IMG/VR virus record: IMGVR_UViG_3300035498_000778
Span: 1-64,000 of that record
Direction: 5' to 3' (one strand)
Source of the DNA: a virus
Lineage: Duplodnaviria > Caudoviricetes
DNA: 64,000 nt
Below the pieces are notes generated by a model. The model was not told the DNA's origin. It saw only the letters and a list, made by a program, of their open reading frames with translations, and did not search any database. The translations under genes were made by a program, and so were the position numbers. Below are positions 9,365 to 19,516 of the stretch, piece by piece (the stretch's first letter is position 1; the number at the start of each line of letters is the position of its first letter).

Positions 9365-10356
9365 TATTTTAAAACTAAGGGATACCTTTGTCCGAATTCA
9401 TCTACAGCAGTATTGTTGTTTCGATTTATCTTAAGTTCTCCCTTAATTGGTAAAGGATAATCATACAATACATTTCCATTTTCATCTTCGGCTATGTATT
9501 CATAATCTCCAGTTTCATCATCATATAATACGGAGATAGTAACATTATTATTCTCATATTTAAGATATAATTCTCGTTCTCTATCTTCTTCACTAGTCTC
9601 AGTTGTATCTAGACCCTGCATGATATCGTTATTTAAATCATCCATTGTATATTCTTCATAATCAGAATAATCATCGTTATTATTGTAAGTCATATCCGCA
9701 TCTAGTATGCTATTTCTACCTCTCTTGAATAATTCATTCATGAAGGTTGATGCATACTGATTCATGTCCATTTGACCTGTATTAGATTCCTTTATGAACT
9801 TTTCTCTTTCCTTAATATTTAATTCAGCTATCATTTTTTTGGCTGCAATTAATTCCTTTACAACCTGCATACTAACAGTACGCGCAGATGTAATAGATTC
9901 AATCAAATCTGTCATATATTTTGTTACACCACGTGCACTGGATTTAGACGCTTTCATATTGTTGTATTCCTTAGTTAAATCTTCAACGAATCTGTTATGC
10001 TCTAAGTACATACTTTTTAGAATTCCAATTTCTGTATCGAACTCTTTATCATAGTCTGTTAATCCATCCTTAGTTTTTTTGTGTTTTCCTTTTCCCTTAA
10101 TAGATAGATTACTGAAGTCATCATCTGTGTACTTTTCTGTTCGTTTCGCGCTATTATTTATTTTCTTAGTAATTGCTGAAATCCAACAATCTGTATCATC
10201 ATTATCATCTTCTTTAATACTTGATCCTCTTGATGGTTCAAGTGACATGTTTGCTGTTTCTGCAAGAATTGTCTCAGATAATGACTTTGTATCCATATTA
10301 TCGATTTCATTTAAATCTTCAACGATTTTTTTAGATTTATTAATTTCCTCACTCAT
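9364..10356 (-). CDS. hypothetical protein
   Basis: 330 aa, GGAGGAGG SD, TACA-N6-TA at 10388-10399 (minus). Confidence 0.8.
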   Translation of the reverse strand: MSEEINKSKKIVEDLNEIDNMDTKSLSETILAETANMSLEPSRGSSIKEDDNDDTDCWISAITKKINNSAKRTEKYTDDDFSNLSIKGKGKHKKTKDGLTDYDKEFDTEIGILKSMYLEHNRFVEDLTKEYNNMKASKSSARGVTKYMTDLIESITSARTVSMQVVKELIAAKKMIAELNIKEREKFIKESNTGQMDMNQYASTFMNELFKRGRNSILDADMTYNNNDDYSDYEEYTMDDLNNDIMQGLDTTETSEEDRERELYLKYENNNVTISVLYDDETGDYEYIAEDENGNVLYDYPLPIKGELKINRNNNTAVDEFGQRYPLVLK

Positions 10357-10471
10357 TTTATAAGTCCTCCTCCAAGTTATTTTTGTTTAATAAATTGTAA
10401 ATCTATATAATTTAATATAAATATTTAAGATATGTAAGCAACATTTAATTAACCGATAAGGAGGGAGATAT

Positions 10472-11200
10472 ATGAGTTCAAGTTTAATGAGATCAGATGG
10501 AATAGATTTATATCTAAATACAGATTACATGGAATTTTATATTCCTGATTATTATTTCGCTGATAATTGCAAATATGCGATTGATTATGGTGCTACAATT
10601 GAAGTCTTCGGAATTTTCTGTGTCGGAATATTTGAAAAGGATAAGCTTAAAGAAATGAAGTTGCTCGAAATTCCAATGAATCTGACAATTCAATCATATG
10701 ATATTGAGATTAGAACCGTAGAGTTTAAGAGTGGACCTATGAAGTGTAGAGTAATGAAATTTATAAAAGGACAAAAGATTATGCCAGCTACATATATTCA
10801 AAAATCATCACACGTTGTTACGTTTATAAAGATGATTCTTAATGGTTATCTACCTTTATTCGTTCCTTATAATGAAGTATACAATATGCTGCTGGGTATA
10901 TGTAAAATGCACAAAGTAAATTTGGGTGTTCCGAACTACGTTCTTGAGATGATGATATCTGACTTATATAGAGATAGGTCGGATCCTACTAAAAAGTTTG
11001 CTATAACGTATGGTAAAGATTCCAAGGTTTCGGACTATGATTACCAAACGTGTAACATCCGTAAAGCATGTCAATATGCATCAACATTCTCTGCAATATC
11101 ATTCGAGGATATAGATACTATGATAACAGCATCTTTGAACAGAAGCGCTCAGGGAAAAGAAGAACCGTTTAGTCCTATGGAAGAAATCATAAAGTTCTAG
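10472..11200 (+). CDS. stand-alone RNA polymerase beta' C-terminal subunit (probably virion RNAP)
   Basis: VNLGVPNYVLEMMISDLYRD and NIRKACQYASTFSAISFEDIDTMITASL resemble RpoC C-terminal KHIEVIVRQM and [21 protein letters not shown]; late promoter at 10440-10451. Confidence 0.7.
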   Translation: MSSSLMRSDGIDLYLNTDYMEFYIPDYYFADNCKYAIDYGATIEVFGIFCVGIFEKDKLKEMKLLEIPMNLTIQSYDIEIRTVEFKSGPMKCRVMKFIKGQKIMPATYIQKSSHVVTFIKMILNGYLPLFVPYNEVYNMLLGICKMHKVNLGVPNYVLEMMISDLYRDRSDPTKKFAITYGKDSKVSDYDYQTCNIRKACQYASTFSAISFEDIDTMITASLNRSAQGKEEPFSPMEEIIKF

Positions 11201-11251
11201 GGACTAATTAGAAACATATAATTAAAAATTAATGAAAAAGGAGTTGGTTTT

Positions 11252-13123
11252 ATGCCTCAAACTGTACAAATCGTACCAAAGTATCAACACCCACATGTTG
11301 AAACATATGTTAACGATTATACTACTTTTGAAGACTCTACAAGTACAACAGCTGCCTCCAGCGGCAGAACATATCTAGCAGTCTTTCAATCGTCTAAGGG
11401 TATTGATAACAAGCTTGTGAAGATAGAGTCATCCACTGATTTTACATATGCATTTGGTAAGTCTGATTATCGTTATTACGGTCAGCCTCTAATGATGCCT
11501 ATTGCTGAATTAGAATCTGGCGCCAGTGTTTGGTGTATGAGAGTCATGCCAGAAGATGCTAAGTATGCTAATAGTGTGCTTTATCTAAATTATAAGACTG
11601 ATAGTAGTACTGGTAAGTTTATTATCAAGTTTACTGCTAAGGCGTTCACTGGTAGTGAAGCTTGTGCTGCATCCACACTAACAACTGCTGCTCTTTCTTC
11701 TAAGGATGAAGATCTAGGCGCAGAATGGACATCTGTTCCTGTTATGCTAATTAGAGCAAACGGTAGAGGAACTTATGGTAATGACTATAGATGGAGAATC
11801 ACTGTAAATAGTAAGCTAGAGAAGGAATACTCAATCAAGATGTTTAGTTTTGAAGCATTAGTTTCTGACGTTTCTAATAGCTTGACATCAGCTGAATTAA
11901 CATCCGCATCTGTTCTACTTCCAACACGTCATGAAGTATCTACATACATAAATGATATTATGGATGAAACAGATAAGTCCAAGTACCAAGTTGAATTTGA
12001 ATGTCTAGATTATAATCTAGAGGATGTTTATACAGCTTATTCTGAGTTTGTTGAAAGTCTTCCTGATGATCTAAAGACATCTAGCTCTATCCCATCACTT
12101 GATCAATTTGACCCATTCTTTGGTCTAATGCCTCTAAGCACATCAAGCGTTTTACCTAACATTGAAATGTCTGATGACGAGGATGCTCTAAAAATTGATA
12201 ATGCTGAGGGTATCGCATTGCTAGGTGGTAATGATGGTGATAATAGTGAGACTACTAAGACTAATCTATATGTCAGCGCATTTAATGGCGACATAGACAG
12301 TAAGATTTTAGTACCAAGAAGAACTCCAGTTGATGCTCTATTCGATGCTTCTTATCCATTTGAAGCTAAGAGAGCACTAGCTAAGCTAGCAAAGTATAGA
12401 GAAGATGCAATACTTTATCTAGATGCCGGCACCGACGTTACAAGTACTAGTGGTATAGAGACAGTGATCAATGATTACAGCACTTCTGAATTTGCTAGTA
12501 ATTACATAGTGAAGGATTTCCAACACTACACAGTTAGAGACCTAACATCTAGACGTCGTGTAGTAGTTTCTATGACTTATCTATACGCACAAAAGCTAAC
12601 AGCTCATCTAGATACTTATGGTATTCATAAGCCATTTGTTAAGAGCTATTGTCAACTAACTGGTCATATAAAGGATTCTCTAGAACCATGTATTGAGATT
12701 ACAGATATGGATCTAAAGGATAAGCTATACACAAATAGATTTAACTACTTTGAAGCAATTGATGAGAATCTATTCCAAAGATCATGTCAAAATACTGCAC
12801 AAACTGCAAACAGTGATTTGCTTGAAGAATCTAATATGCGTGTTCTAATCTACTTAAAGTCTAATCTTGAAAGAGATTGTATTGATGATCTATATAACTT
12901 CTCATCTCTTGAAGATAGAAATAGATTTACTAGACTTGCTATGGCTAAGTATAGTCCTATGGTTGGCGTTTCTCTTGAATCATTGAATATCTACTTCGAT
13001 CAAAATGAATGGGAACTTGAGCGTTCTATTCTTCACTGCTACGTATCCGTTACATTCAGAGGAATTCATAAGAGAACTATTGTTGAGATTGATGTCAACA
13101 AGCGTAGTCTAGAGACAGAATAA
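11252..13123 (+). CDS. tail sheath protein
   Basis: HPHVETYVND N-terminus, SSKGIDNK, FGKSDYRYYGQP, WCMRV, GRGTYGN, C-terminal sheath domain; precedes tube; late promoter 11213-11224. Confidence 0.85.
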   Translation: MPQTVQIVPKYQHPHVETYVNDYTTFEDSTSTTAASSGRTYLAVFQSSKGIDNKLVKIESSTDFTYAFGKSDYRYYGQPLMMPIAELESGASVWCMRVMPEDAKYANSVLYLNYKTDSSTGKFIIKFTAKAFTGSEACAASTLTTAALSSKDEDLGAEWTSVPVMLIRANGRGTYGNDYRWRITVNSKLEKEYSIKMFSFEALVSDVSNSLTSAELTSASVLLPTRHEVSTYINDIMDETDKSKYQVEFECLDYNLEDVYTAYSEFVESLPDDLKTSSSIPSLDQFDPFFGLMPLSTSSVLPNIEMSDDEDALKIDNAEGIALLGGNDGDNSETTKTNLYVSAFNGDIDSKILVPRRTPVDALFDASYPFEAKRALAKLAKYREDAILYLDAGTDVTSTSGIETVINDYSTSEFASNYIVKDFQHYTVRDLTSRRRVVVSMTYLYAQKLTAHLDTYGIHKPFVKSYCQLTGHIKDSLEPCIEITDMDLKDKLYTNRFNYFEAIDENLFQRSCQNTAQTANSDLLEESNMRVLIYLKSNLERDCIDDLYNFSSLEDRNRFTRLAMAKYSPMVGVSLESLNIYFDQNEWELERSILHCYVSVTFRGIHKRTIVEIDVNKRSLETE

Positions 13124-13146
13124 TGATAAGAGAGGAGTGATTTATT

Positions 13147-14103
13147 ATGGCAACAAATACATGGGATACTGCGACCTTCCAGCAAGGTATTAAGGGTGGT
13201 TATTCTAACGGTACCGAAACATCAGGCATGTCATATGCAAATATAAGTAAGTACGCTCTATTTCAGGGCGGTGTTAACGCTACTCACGATGCCCTTGTAC
13301 AATATGATCCATTGAGAAAGGGCTTTGGTAGAATATTCATGGTAAGAAAGCCTTTATTTATGGAAAAGATGAATAACGGTGAGGATATCAATATTCTTAA
13401 GCACCTAATTGAATACGCTAATACGGGTGTATCAGGTCTCGGATCTATAGAAATGAAGAATAGTGATATGACCGGTGGCTATTCAGGAAGATCTATTCCA
13501 ATACCTACAATATCCAATGATACTGGTACTACTGATATCTCTATCAGTATGTACGAATTTGCAGGATCACCAGTCATGAGAACACTAAAGATGTGGATTC
13601 ATGGTATGTCTGATATTCAATCGGGTCTTGCTCACATGAACGGTACTGATGTTGAAGCTACACTAGCAAATGAAACTGCAGAATTTATTTATGTTGTTAC
13701 CGATAATACTGGTAAGTACGATCACATCGAATTTGCTTGTATGTTTGCGTGCTGCTTCCCTACATCTGTAGAGGAATCTCATTTTGAATACAAAGCTGGT
13801 GATGTAGATATCGTCGATATAACAGTTAAGTTCAAGTGTATAAAGTACGAATCTGCACAGATCAACGAAGTTGCAAAGCTACTAATGAGAAAGTATACAA
13901 CATTAGTAAACAGCATCAATATGTACCCAGGATATTCAATTGGATCAAATAATACACTAAAAGCAACAGGTGACACAGATGATACAAATCGTACAGATAC
14001 ATACTATGATGTAGATACTGGCGAACTAACGAAATATAGTTCTAGCAATACAGACAATGAGTCATTACAGAATCTAATTGCTAACGGCTATTACGAACAA
14101 TAA
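13147..14103 (+). CDS. tail tube protein
   Basis: Directly follows sheath; 318 aa; YEFAGSPV..W and CFPTSV..F.Y pattern of tube proteins. Confidence 0.75.
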   Translation: MATNTWDTATFQQGIKGGYSNGTETSGMSYANISKYALFQGGVNATHDALVQYDPLRKGFGRIFMVRKPLFMEKMNNGEDINILKHLIEYANTGVSGLGSIEMKNSDMTGGYSGRSIPIPTISNDTGTTDISISMYEFAGSPVMRTLKMWIHGMSDIQSGLAHMNGTDVEATLANETAEFIYVVTDNTGKYDHIEFACMFACCFPTSVEESHFEYKAGDVDIVDITVKFKCIKYESAQINEVAKLLMRKYTTLVNSINMYPGYSIGSNNTLKATGDTDDTNRTDTYYDVDTGELTKYSSSNTDNESLQNLIANGYYEQ

Positions 14104-14114
14104 AGATTATAATA

Positions 14115-14154
14115 AAATATATTTCCTAGGTCTTAAGACCTAGGAAATATATTT
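14115..14154. terminator. 40-bp perfect palindrome, bidirectional terminator
   Basis: AAATATATTTCCTAGGTCTT|AAGACCTAGGAAATATATTT between convergent tube and portal genes. Confidence 0.85.
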
Positions 14155-14162
14155 GTAACTTG

Positions 14163-16475
14163 TTACTCAGCACCCTCATCTTCCTCAGATTTATTTGCAG
14201 GATTTAGCATTATATCTTTAGCAGCAACCATAGATTCATCGAATATCTTATCAATATTAGAAAAGTCAACCATTTGTAATTGTACTTTAGCAACACGCTT
14301 CGAGAACTCTTCCACGGCTTTTGACTTAGTTTCATCATCTTGATAGTCTTTGCCAAAATACATGGATACTAGCCATTCATTATATGTATTAAAGTTATTT
14401 AACATTTCATTTGTTATTTGTGTTGTGCTAGCCTTTGGTGGTGATAATGTATACTCTAACGCGTTAATCATGTTTTGGTCAATGTTACTGCTACCTTTTA
14501 GTAGTCTACGATATAGTTCAGTTAAGCTCCTATTAAAATCCAGCTGATAGTTAACTACACGACCTTGGAATCTTGTATTTGCTAATTCTATAGTCTTAGC
14601 AAAGTCTGCTTCATTGATGTAGTTCATCAGTACATCAGGAACACCAGTTGCTGTGAGCATCTGTTTTTTAAGCATCTCCATAAGTTCTGTGTTTAATTGA
14701 ACGTCCTGACCAGAGATAACCTCAGTCTCAATACCACGTTCGCCCGAACGTCCTACTGGAATATAAATTTCATGACCTGCACCAACTTTATTTATCATTG
14801 ACGTATAACACATCATATCAGTCATATTAATTGTACGAGCTTGTTTTTTACGTGCGATTTCATTAACCTTGTTCATTACATTTTTGTCAATACCAGAGGT
14901 TTTTATATAGTTTATCTTGCTGTCGTTACTGTTTTGAACTATAGACAATAACTTGAATAATAACAACATGAGATACAACTTTGCATAAAACAATGAAGGT
15001 TCAATCATAGATGTACCGTTGTTCTCTAAGTCAGGGTTGATCTTGAATTCAACTATATATTCTTTTGGAATGAACTGGAACTTTATTCTTTTCTCATGTA
15101 ATTTATAATAGTTCAAAGCGTTTACGATTAGATCTTTAAACTGTGCATTCTTTCTGAGAAATTTTTTATCAAAGTTTTTAACTACTTGACTGGCTATGGT
15201 CTCTATTAAAGACTTTTCTTTTCGTGTGTCGTCATATCTTGTATAGTAAACAGTAGACGTTAATACACCTGTTAGTGGTGTTATATCCTGATCTTGAATA
15301 TAGTAATATCCTAGAGTTGTATCCATGATTTTTACAGGTATGATTCTTAATGGATCAATGAATTTAACATATGTATCATTGAACTCTTTAAAGTTTTCTG
15401 TTCTTTTACGTTTAGTTGCATATGTACCTGAAACACCATTACCGTCAACTTGATTGATAACATTGTTAAATAGAGTATCATAATTTACTTTATCAGCCTC
15501 GGTAGTATACGTGTTCATAACATTCTCACAATAATAACCTATAGAATCTACTCCCTCGTCAAGCATACATAAAGGTACAGCTTTATTCTCAACGACTATG
15601 TTGTTGAGAATTTCTTCAACGTCTTTTCTAAATTCTTTTTGACCTGTCTTTGAGCTAGAGTCTATCTCCTTATATGATTCGAATATGTGCTTAGCCATCT
15701 CGTCTAAATCAGTATTGTTAGCAGATTCTAGAATCGTATGATCAGTTATAGCGCTTTCAGTTATTCCACTCATAACATTACCCATATTACCAGTATAACC
15801 ATATTCAGCTTTATTATCATTGAAAGACTTAAATATATCACTGTATGGTATTACATAAGCGTAGTATTCACCATACTCAAGAGTCTTTGGGACTATAAAG
15901 TTCTTAATCTTATTCTGAAGATCGAACTTCTTTTCCATTTCCTCTACACTGTTTAGCATAGTACTTGTCTTAACATTGTCGAATTCTGTTTCAAATGATA
16001 TGTTTCTGCTTATTTTACCATCAGTAAGGTCAGCAGTAACAACAGCATCACGCATTATACCAATAGCTTCTCTTAATTCAGATAGCTGGCTAACTACCTC
16101 ATGAATGTCGTTTTGCTTTAGCAGTCTATTCTTATAATGATCACTTAAATAAGCTTCCAACTCACCGTCAGTACCATTTATCATATTTTCTATATCTTTT
16201 TGGAAGGTAGAGTTAGTCCTATTTTCATTACTCCATAACTGTTGTATAAGATTAGTTACACTGGCATCTCCTTTATCAACAGTGGAGCCAATTTCTGATT
16301 GCATAATATTATTGAAATCATTATCAAGTTGACTTAGTGATGCATCTTGTTTGATCCCAAATGTCTTTTGCTGTACATTACCGAGAAGTGTATCAAGTGT
16401 TCTTAACGAATCCAAGTTGTCCTTATGAAGTCTTGTATCGATAAGAATACCATCAGTTTGTCTTTTACTCGCCAT
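14163..16475 (-). CDS. portal protein
   Basis: 770 aa; T4 gp20-like motifs (LEYGEYY, FIDPLRI, IYIPVGRSGERGIETEVISGQ, ATGVP); late promoter 16508-16519 (minus). Confidence 0.75.
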   Translation of the reverse strand: MASKRQTDGILIDTRLHKDNLDSLRTLDTLLGNVQQKTFGIKQDASLSQLDNDFNNIMQSEIGSTVDKGDASVTNLIQQLWSNENRTNSTFQKDIENMINGTDGELEAYLSDHYKNRLLKQNDIHEVVSQLSELREAIGIMRDAVVTADLTDGKISRNISFETEFDNVKTSTMLNSVEEMEKKFDLQNKIKNFIVPKTLEYGEYYAYVIPYSDIFKSFNDNKAEYGYTGNMGNVMSGITESAITDHTILESANNTDLDEMAKHIFESYKEIDSSSKTGQKEFRKDVEEILNNIVVENKAVPLCMLDEGVDSIGYYCENVMNTYTTEADKVNYDTLFNNVINQVDGNGVSGTYATKRKRTENFKEFNDTYVKFIDPLRIIPVKIMDTTLGYYYIQDQDITPLTGVLTSTVYYTRYDDTRKEKSLIETIASQVVKNFDKKFLRKNAQFKDLIVNALNYYKLHEKRIKFQFIPKEYIVEFKINPDLENNGTSMIEPSLFYAKLYLMLLLFKLLSIVQNSNDSKINYIKTSGIDKNVMNKVNEIARKKQARTINMTDMMCYTSMINKVGAGHEIYIPVGRSGERGIETEVISGQDVQLNTELMEMLKKQMLTATGVPDVLMNYINEADFAKTIELANTRFQGRVVNYQLDFNRSLTELYRRLLKGSSNIDQNMINALEYTLSPPKASTTQITNEMLNNFNTYNEWLVSMYFGKDYQDDETKSKAVEEFSKRVAKVQLQMVDFSNIDKIFDESMVAAKDIMLNPANKSEEDEGAE

Positions 16476-16565
16476 AATATTTTTCTCCTTTCAAATTCTT
16501 TAATCATTATCTTAATGTTAAATTTACGAATTTTTATCATACAGGAAATAATCCTGTATGATAAT

Positions 16566-17264
16566 TTAAATTCCTATATAATAATAGTACATCTGAATAT
16601 TAATTCCCTCTATTGACGTTAGTATAACTAACATGTAGGTTATATTGTGTGCGGGAATTGTAAAATACTTTGTTGTTTGAAACGTTTTCGTCGTTACTGT
16701 TGGTAATAACGCTTTACTAATAGTAACAGATGGTATATCCTTATTAGTAGGTCCTAAAGAGAAAGCTTCATTTTCATTAAATACTTTATCATATAGATTC
16801 TCCACATTTTTTAGATATACATAATTACTTTCTGGTAATGAACTATAATCTTCATATTTTGTGATTATGTTCTGTATTTGTGATATTAATTCTTTAAAAG
16901 CGTTACCACCATCGTTTGTAATCTTTGTGTATAATTGTATATTATCACTCATGTAATCGGCAAATTTATCTTTGTCAAAATCTTTTCCACTAGTGCTAAG
17001 TTTCAAATCTTTTGGTGTACATTTTAATAAATCACTATTGGTAAAATTATTAATATCCAATGAGTTGATGTATTGATGGAAAAGATCATTAAGTTTATCG
17101 TCTAGTTTGACAACAAATCTACCAATATGTGTCTCTATAGCTAGATCAGAGAACAAATCTACAATATAACCATCATATGTTATAATTACATCAGATTTAA
17201 AAAAAGAAAATAGCTTAACAAAGATGTTGTTTATCTTTTTTAAATCACTTATTTCAATATTCAT
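16566..17264 (-). CDS. hypothetical protein
   Basis: 232 aa, GAAAGGA SD, flanked by hairpins. Confidence 0.75.
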   Translation of the reverse strand: MNIEISDLKKINNIFVKLFSFFKSDVIITYDGYIVDLFSDLAIETHIGRFVVKLDDKLNDLFHQYINSLDINNFTNSDLLKCTPKDLKLSTSGKDFDKDKFADYMSDNIQLYTKITNDGGNAFKELISQIQNIITKYEDYSSLPESNYVYLKNVENLYDKVFNENEAFSLGPTNKDIPSVTISKALLPTVTTKTFQTTKYFTIPAHNITYMLVILTSIEGINIQMYYYYIGI

Positions 17265-17333
17265 AGTATATTTCCTTTCTTTTTATTATTAAGTATGTAA
17301 CAGAGAAATCTGTTACATACTTGTTTTTATCAT

Positions 17334-19217
17334 TTACATTTCTTCTTTTAAACGGGCATAAACTTCTTCTACTGATGGTAGATTAAACCACTTATGTCCT
17401 GAGTATAAATAATTTCGAGTTAAGAAGTTATCAAAGACGTCACGAGCACAATCCAGATCATCTTCTGTATAGTTCTCTGCGACAAAACTATTTATACTTA
17501 GTTTATCCTTACCGAACTGTGCCATTGGTACTATTGCTTTGAATATTAATGCGGATGCAATTATATTCATTGCGTCTATAGTTGATGGATAAAACGCTGA
17601 CATATCCATATCGATACCTGTATTGAATATATTATTAGTGCGTTTACCCAATAACATTTGTCCGTTCTTTTTGTTGAGCGTAGGATCTGCATTCAATGCA
17701 CCCTCAAATCCTTTTTTCTTTTTAGCTTTACTCTTGTCATCTTCGTTTTCATCAGTATCATCGTCGTCTACTTCTTCATACTCCTCAGTATTACCTCTAT
17801 TGATTATTTGGTTTATATTATTACCGGGAATCAAACCTTGGTTCCAATAATATAAATATTGGACATTACGTAATACTACAGTTTGCTTAAAAGCAGAATC
17901 ATACGATGTTAAATTCTTGTATGATAGTACGTAAAGATTATCTATATCACTAACCTTACGCTCAATACCACATTGAAGTAATGTATCCTTGATGTTGTAA
18001 AGTAAGAACATCTCATAGTTTGTGTAGGCGATAGTTTTAATATCACCGTCAGATGAGTAATCATACTTCGTATCTTTTAACTCAAGTTGTGCGATATCAT
18101 TAAGTTTATAAGACCTATATTCTTGTGCACCTTTACGGATACTTGCATAAAGAATCATGTCATCTATAAATGTCGTGTACGATGTCAAGTGAAAGAAATC
18201 AGTCTTATTTTTAATTTCAAAGTGAAACTTGTCTTTTTTGTAATAGCATTTCTTCACAGGAAAATCAGGATGACACATTACTTCTTTTGGATCTAGCCCA
18301 AGTACTGTGAGTCTTTCTATAATGTACGGAATATCGAATCCCATGTTCCATATCGCAATTGTGTCTAATTTCAATGTATTTATTAACTTAAACATATCGA
18401 TTAGCATCTTATCCTCTTCTCTATAAAAGTAACATTTATAATCAAGATATCCGTATAAATCATCAAATGCTTCATGACACTTTTGTTTGAATCCATCGAT
18501 ATTATTTAGTAGCACTTCTTGTTGTTGAAGACCTGATTCATAATATCTTTTTATTTTCTGAAGACGCAATAACTCATGCTCATTATCTTTTGTTTTCGGA
18601 ATTCTATCATATAATGATTGATCAAACTCACGTCCTACCAATGCAAATAAATATACTTCTTTATCTCTGTCATTAACTATAGATACAGCATTTATTGGAC
18701 AATCTTGTGCGTTAGGGAATCCCTCAATATCAATCGAGTCTACCTCTATATCAAGATAACCTTTGTCAATTCGCTTAATTAAGTCATTGTCTTTCTGTAA
18801 CATCCATTGTAATCTGTACCATGTACGAATATCATAATCTGTACCGAATGCGAATGGAGCTAATTGGAACTTTTCTAATTCTTGATAATTCCTTGTTTCT
18901 AGGACGTTATTATACGCTCTTTTATAACTGTATCCACCCTCTGATACTATAGCTTTTATTATATCTGTATATTTCACATGTTTGACATCCAATTCTTTTT
19001 TGGATGCATATAATTTATTGTAGCTATGGTTTCTGTATTCAGGTTTTTCAAAATATATATCCATTCTTGGTTCATATCTAACATCTACATATTTTTTACC
19101 TGTTTCTAAGTCTTTGTAGATTGTGTATAAAACATCTGAAATGCCAGCTTTCTTATCACCTCTACAATATTGAATATCCCATAGCATAACTGAATTATTG
19201 TCTATATTTTTATACAT
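17334..19217 (-). CDS. family B DNA polymerase, N-terminal half (3'-5' exonuclease + motif A)
   Basis: ExoI YLDIEVD, ExoII WNMGFDIPY, SYKLN, ExoIII YNIKD, motif A DMSAFYPS; lacks motifs B and C. Confidence 0.85.
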   Translation of the reverse strand: MYKNIDNNSVMLWDIQYCRGDKKAGISDVLYTIYKDLETGKKYVDVRYEPRMDIYFEKPEYRNHSYNKLYASKKELDVKHVKYTDIIKAIVSEGGYSYKRAYNNVLETRNYQELEKFQLAPFAFGTDYDIRTWYRLQWMLQKDNDLIKRIDKGYLDIEVDSIDIEGFPNAQDCPINAVSIVNDRDKEVYLFALVGREFDQSLYDRIPKTKDNEHELLRLQKIKRYYESGLQQQEVLLNNIDGFKQKCHEAFDDLYGYLDYKCYFYREEDKMLIDMFKLINTLKLDTIAIWNMGFDIPYIIERLTVLGLDPKEVMCHPDFPVKKCYYKKDKFHFEIKNKTDFFHLTSYTTFIDDMILYASIRKGAQEYRSYKLNDIAQLELKDTKYDYSSDGDIKTIAYTNYEMFLLYNIKDTLLQCGIERKVSDIDNLYVLSYKNLTSYDSAFKQTVVLRNVQYLYYWNQGLIPGNNINQIINRGNTEEYEEVDDDDTDENEDDKSKAKKKKGFEGALNADPTLNKKNGQMLLGKRTNNIFNTGIDMDMSAFYPSTIDAMNIIASALIFKAIVPMAQFGKDKLSINSFVAENYTEDDLDCARDVFDNFLTRNYLYSGHKWFNLPSVEEVYARLKEEM

Positions 19218-19361
19218 AAAACAATCTCCTTTTTAATTTATTTTTATTTAGCTCAAATTAAATTAATGTATGAGCTCTATGAAAATATGTCTTAGAAACT
19301 CCATTTTTTAATTTTTATTTTTGTTTTTACATATTTATAATATTATATATACAGTAGGTAA

Positions 19362-19420
19362 GTAGGAGGAAAGGCACGCCCAAGGGCAGGGGTAAGCCCT
19401 TCGGGCAAGCCGGATGAGAG
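19362..19420. other. GC-rich multi-hairpin island in divergent intergenic region
   Basis: GGC-AC-[GCCC-AA-GGGC]-AGGGGTAA-[GCCC-TTC-GGGC]-AA-GCC next to a T/A-rich tract. Confidence 0.5.
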
Positions 19421-19516
19421 TTATAGCTATAATACGATAATAGTATACAAAAAAGTTTTCATAGAAGCTGCGAAAACACTTTGATAATATCCAAAATGAA
19501 AGGAGAGGTTGTGAAT

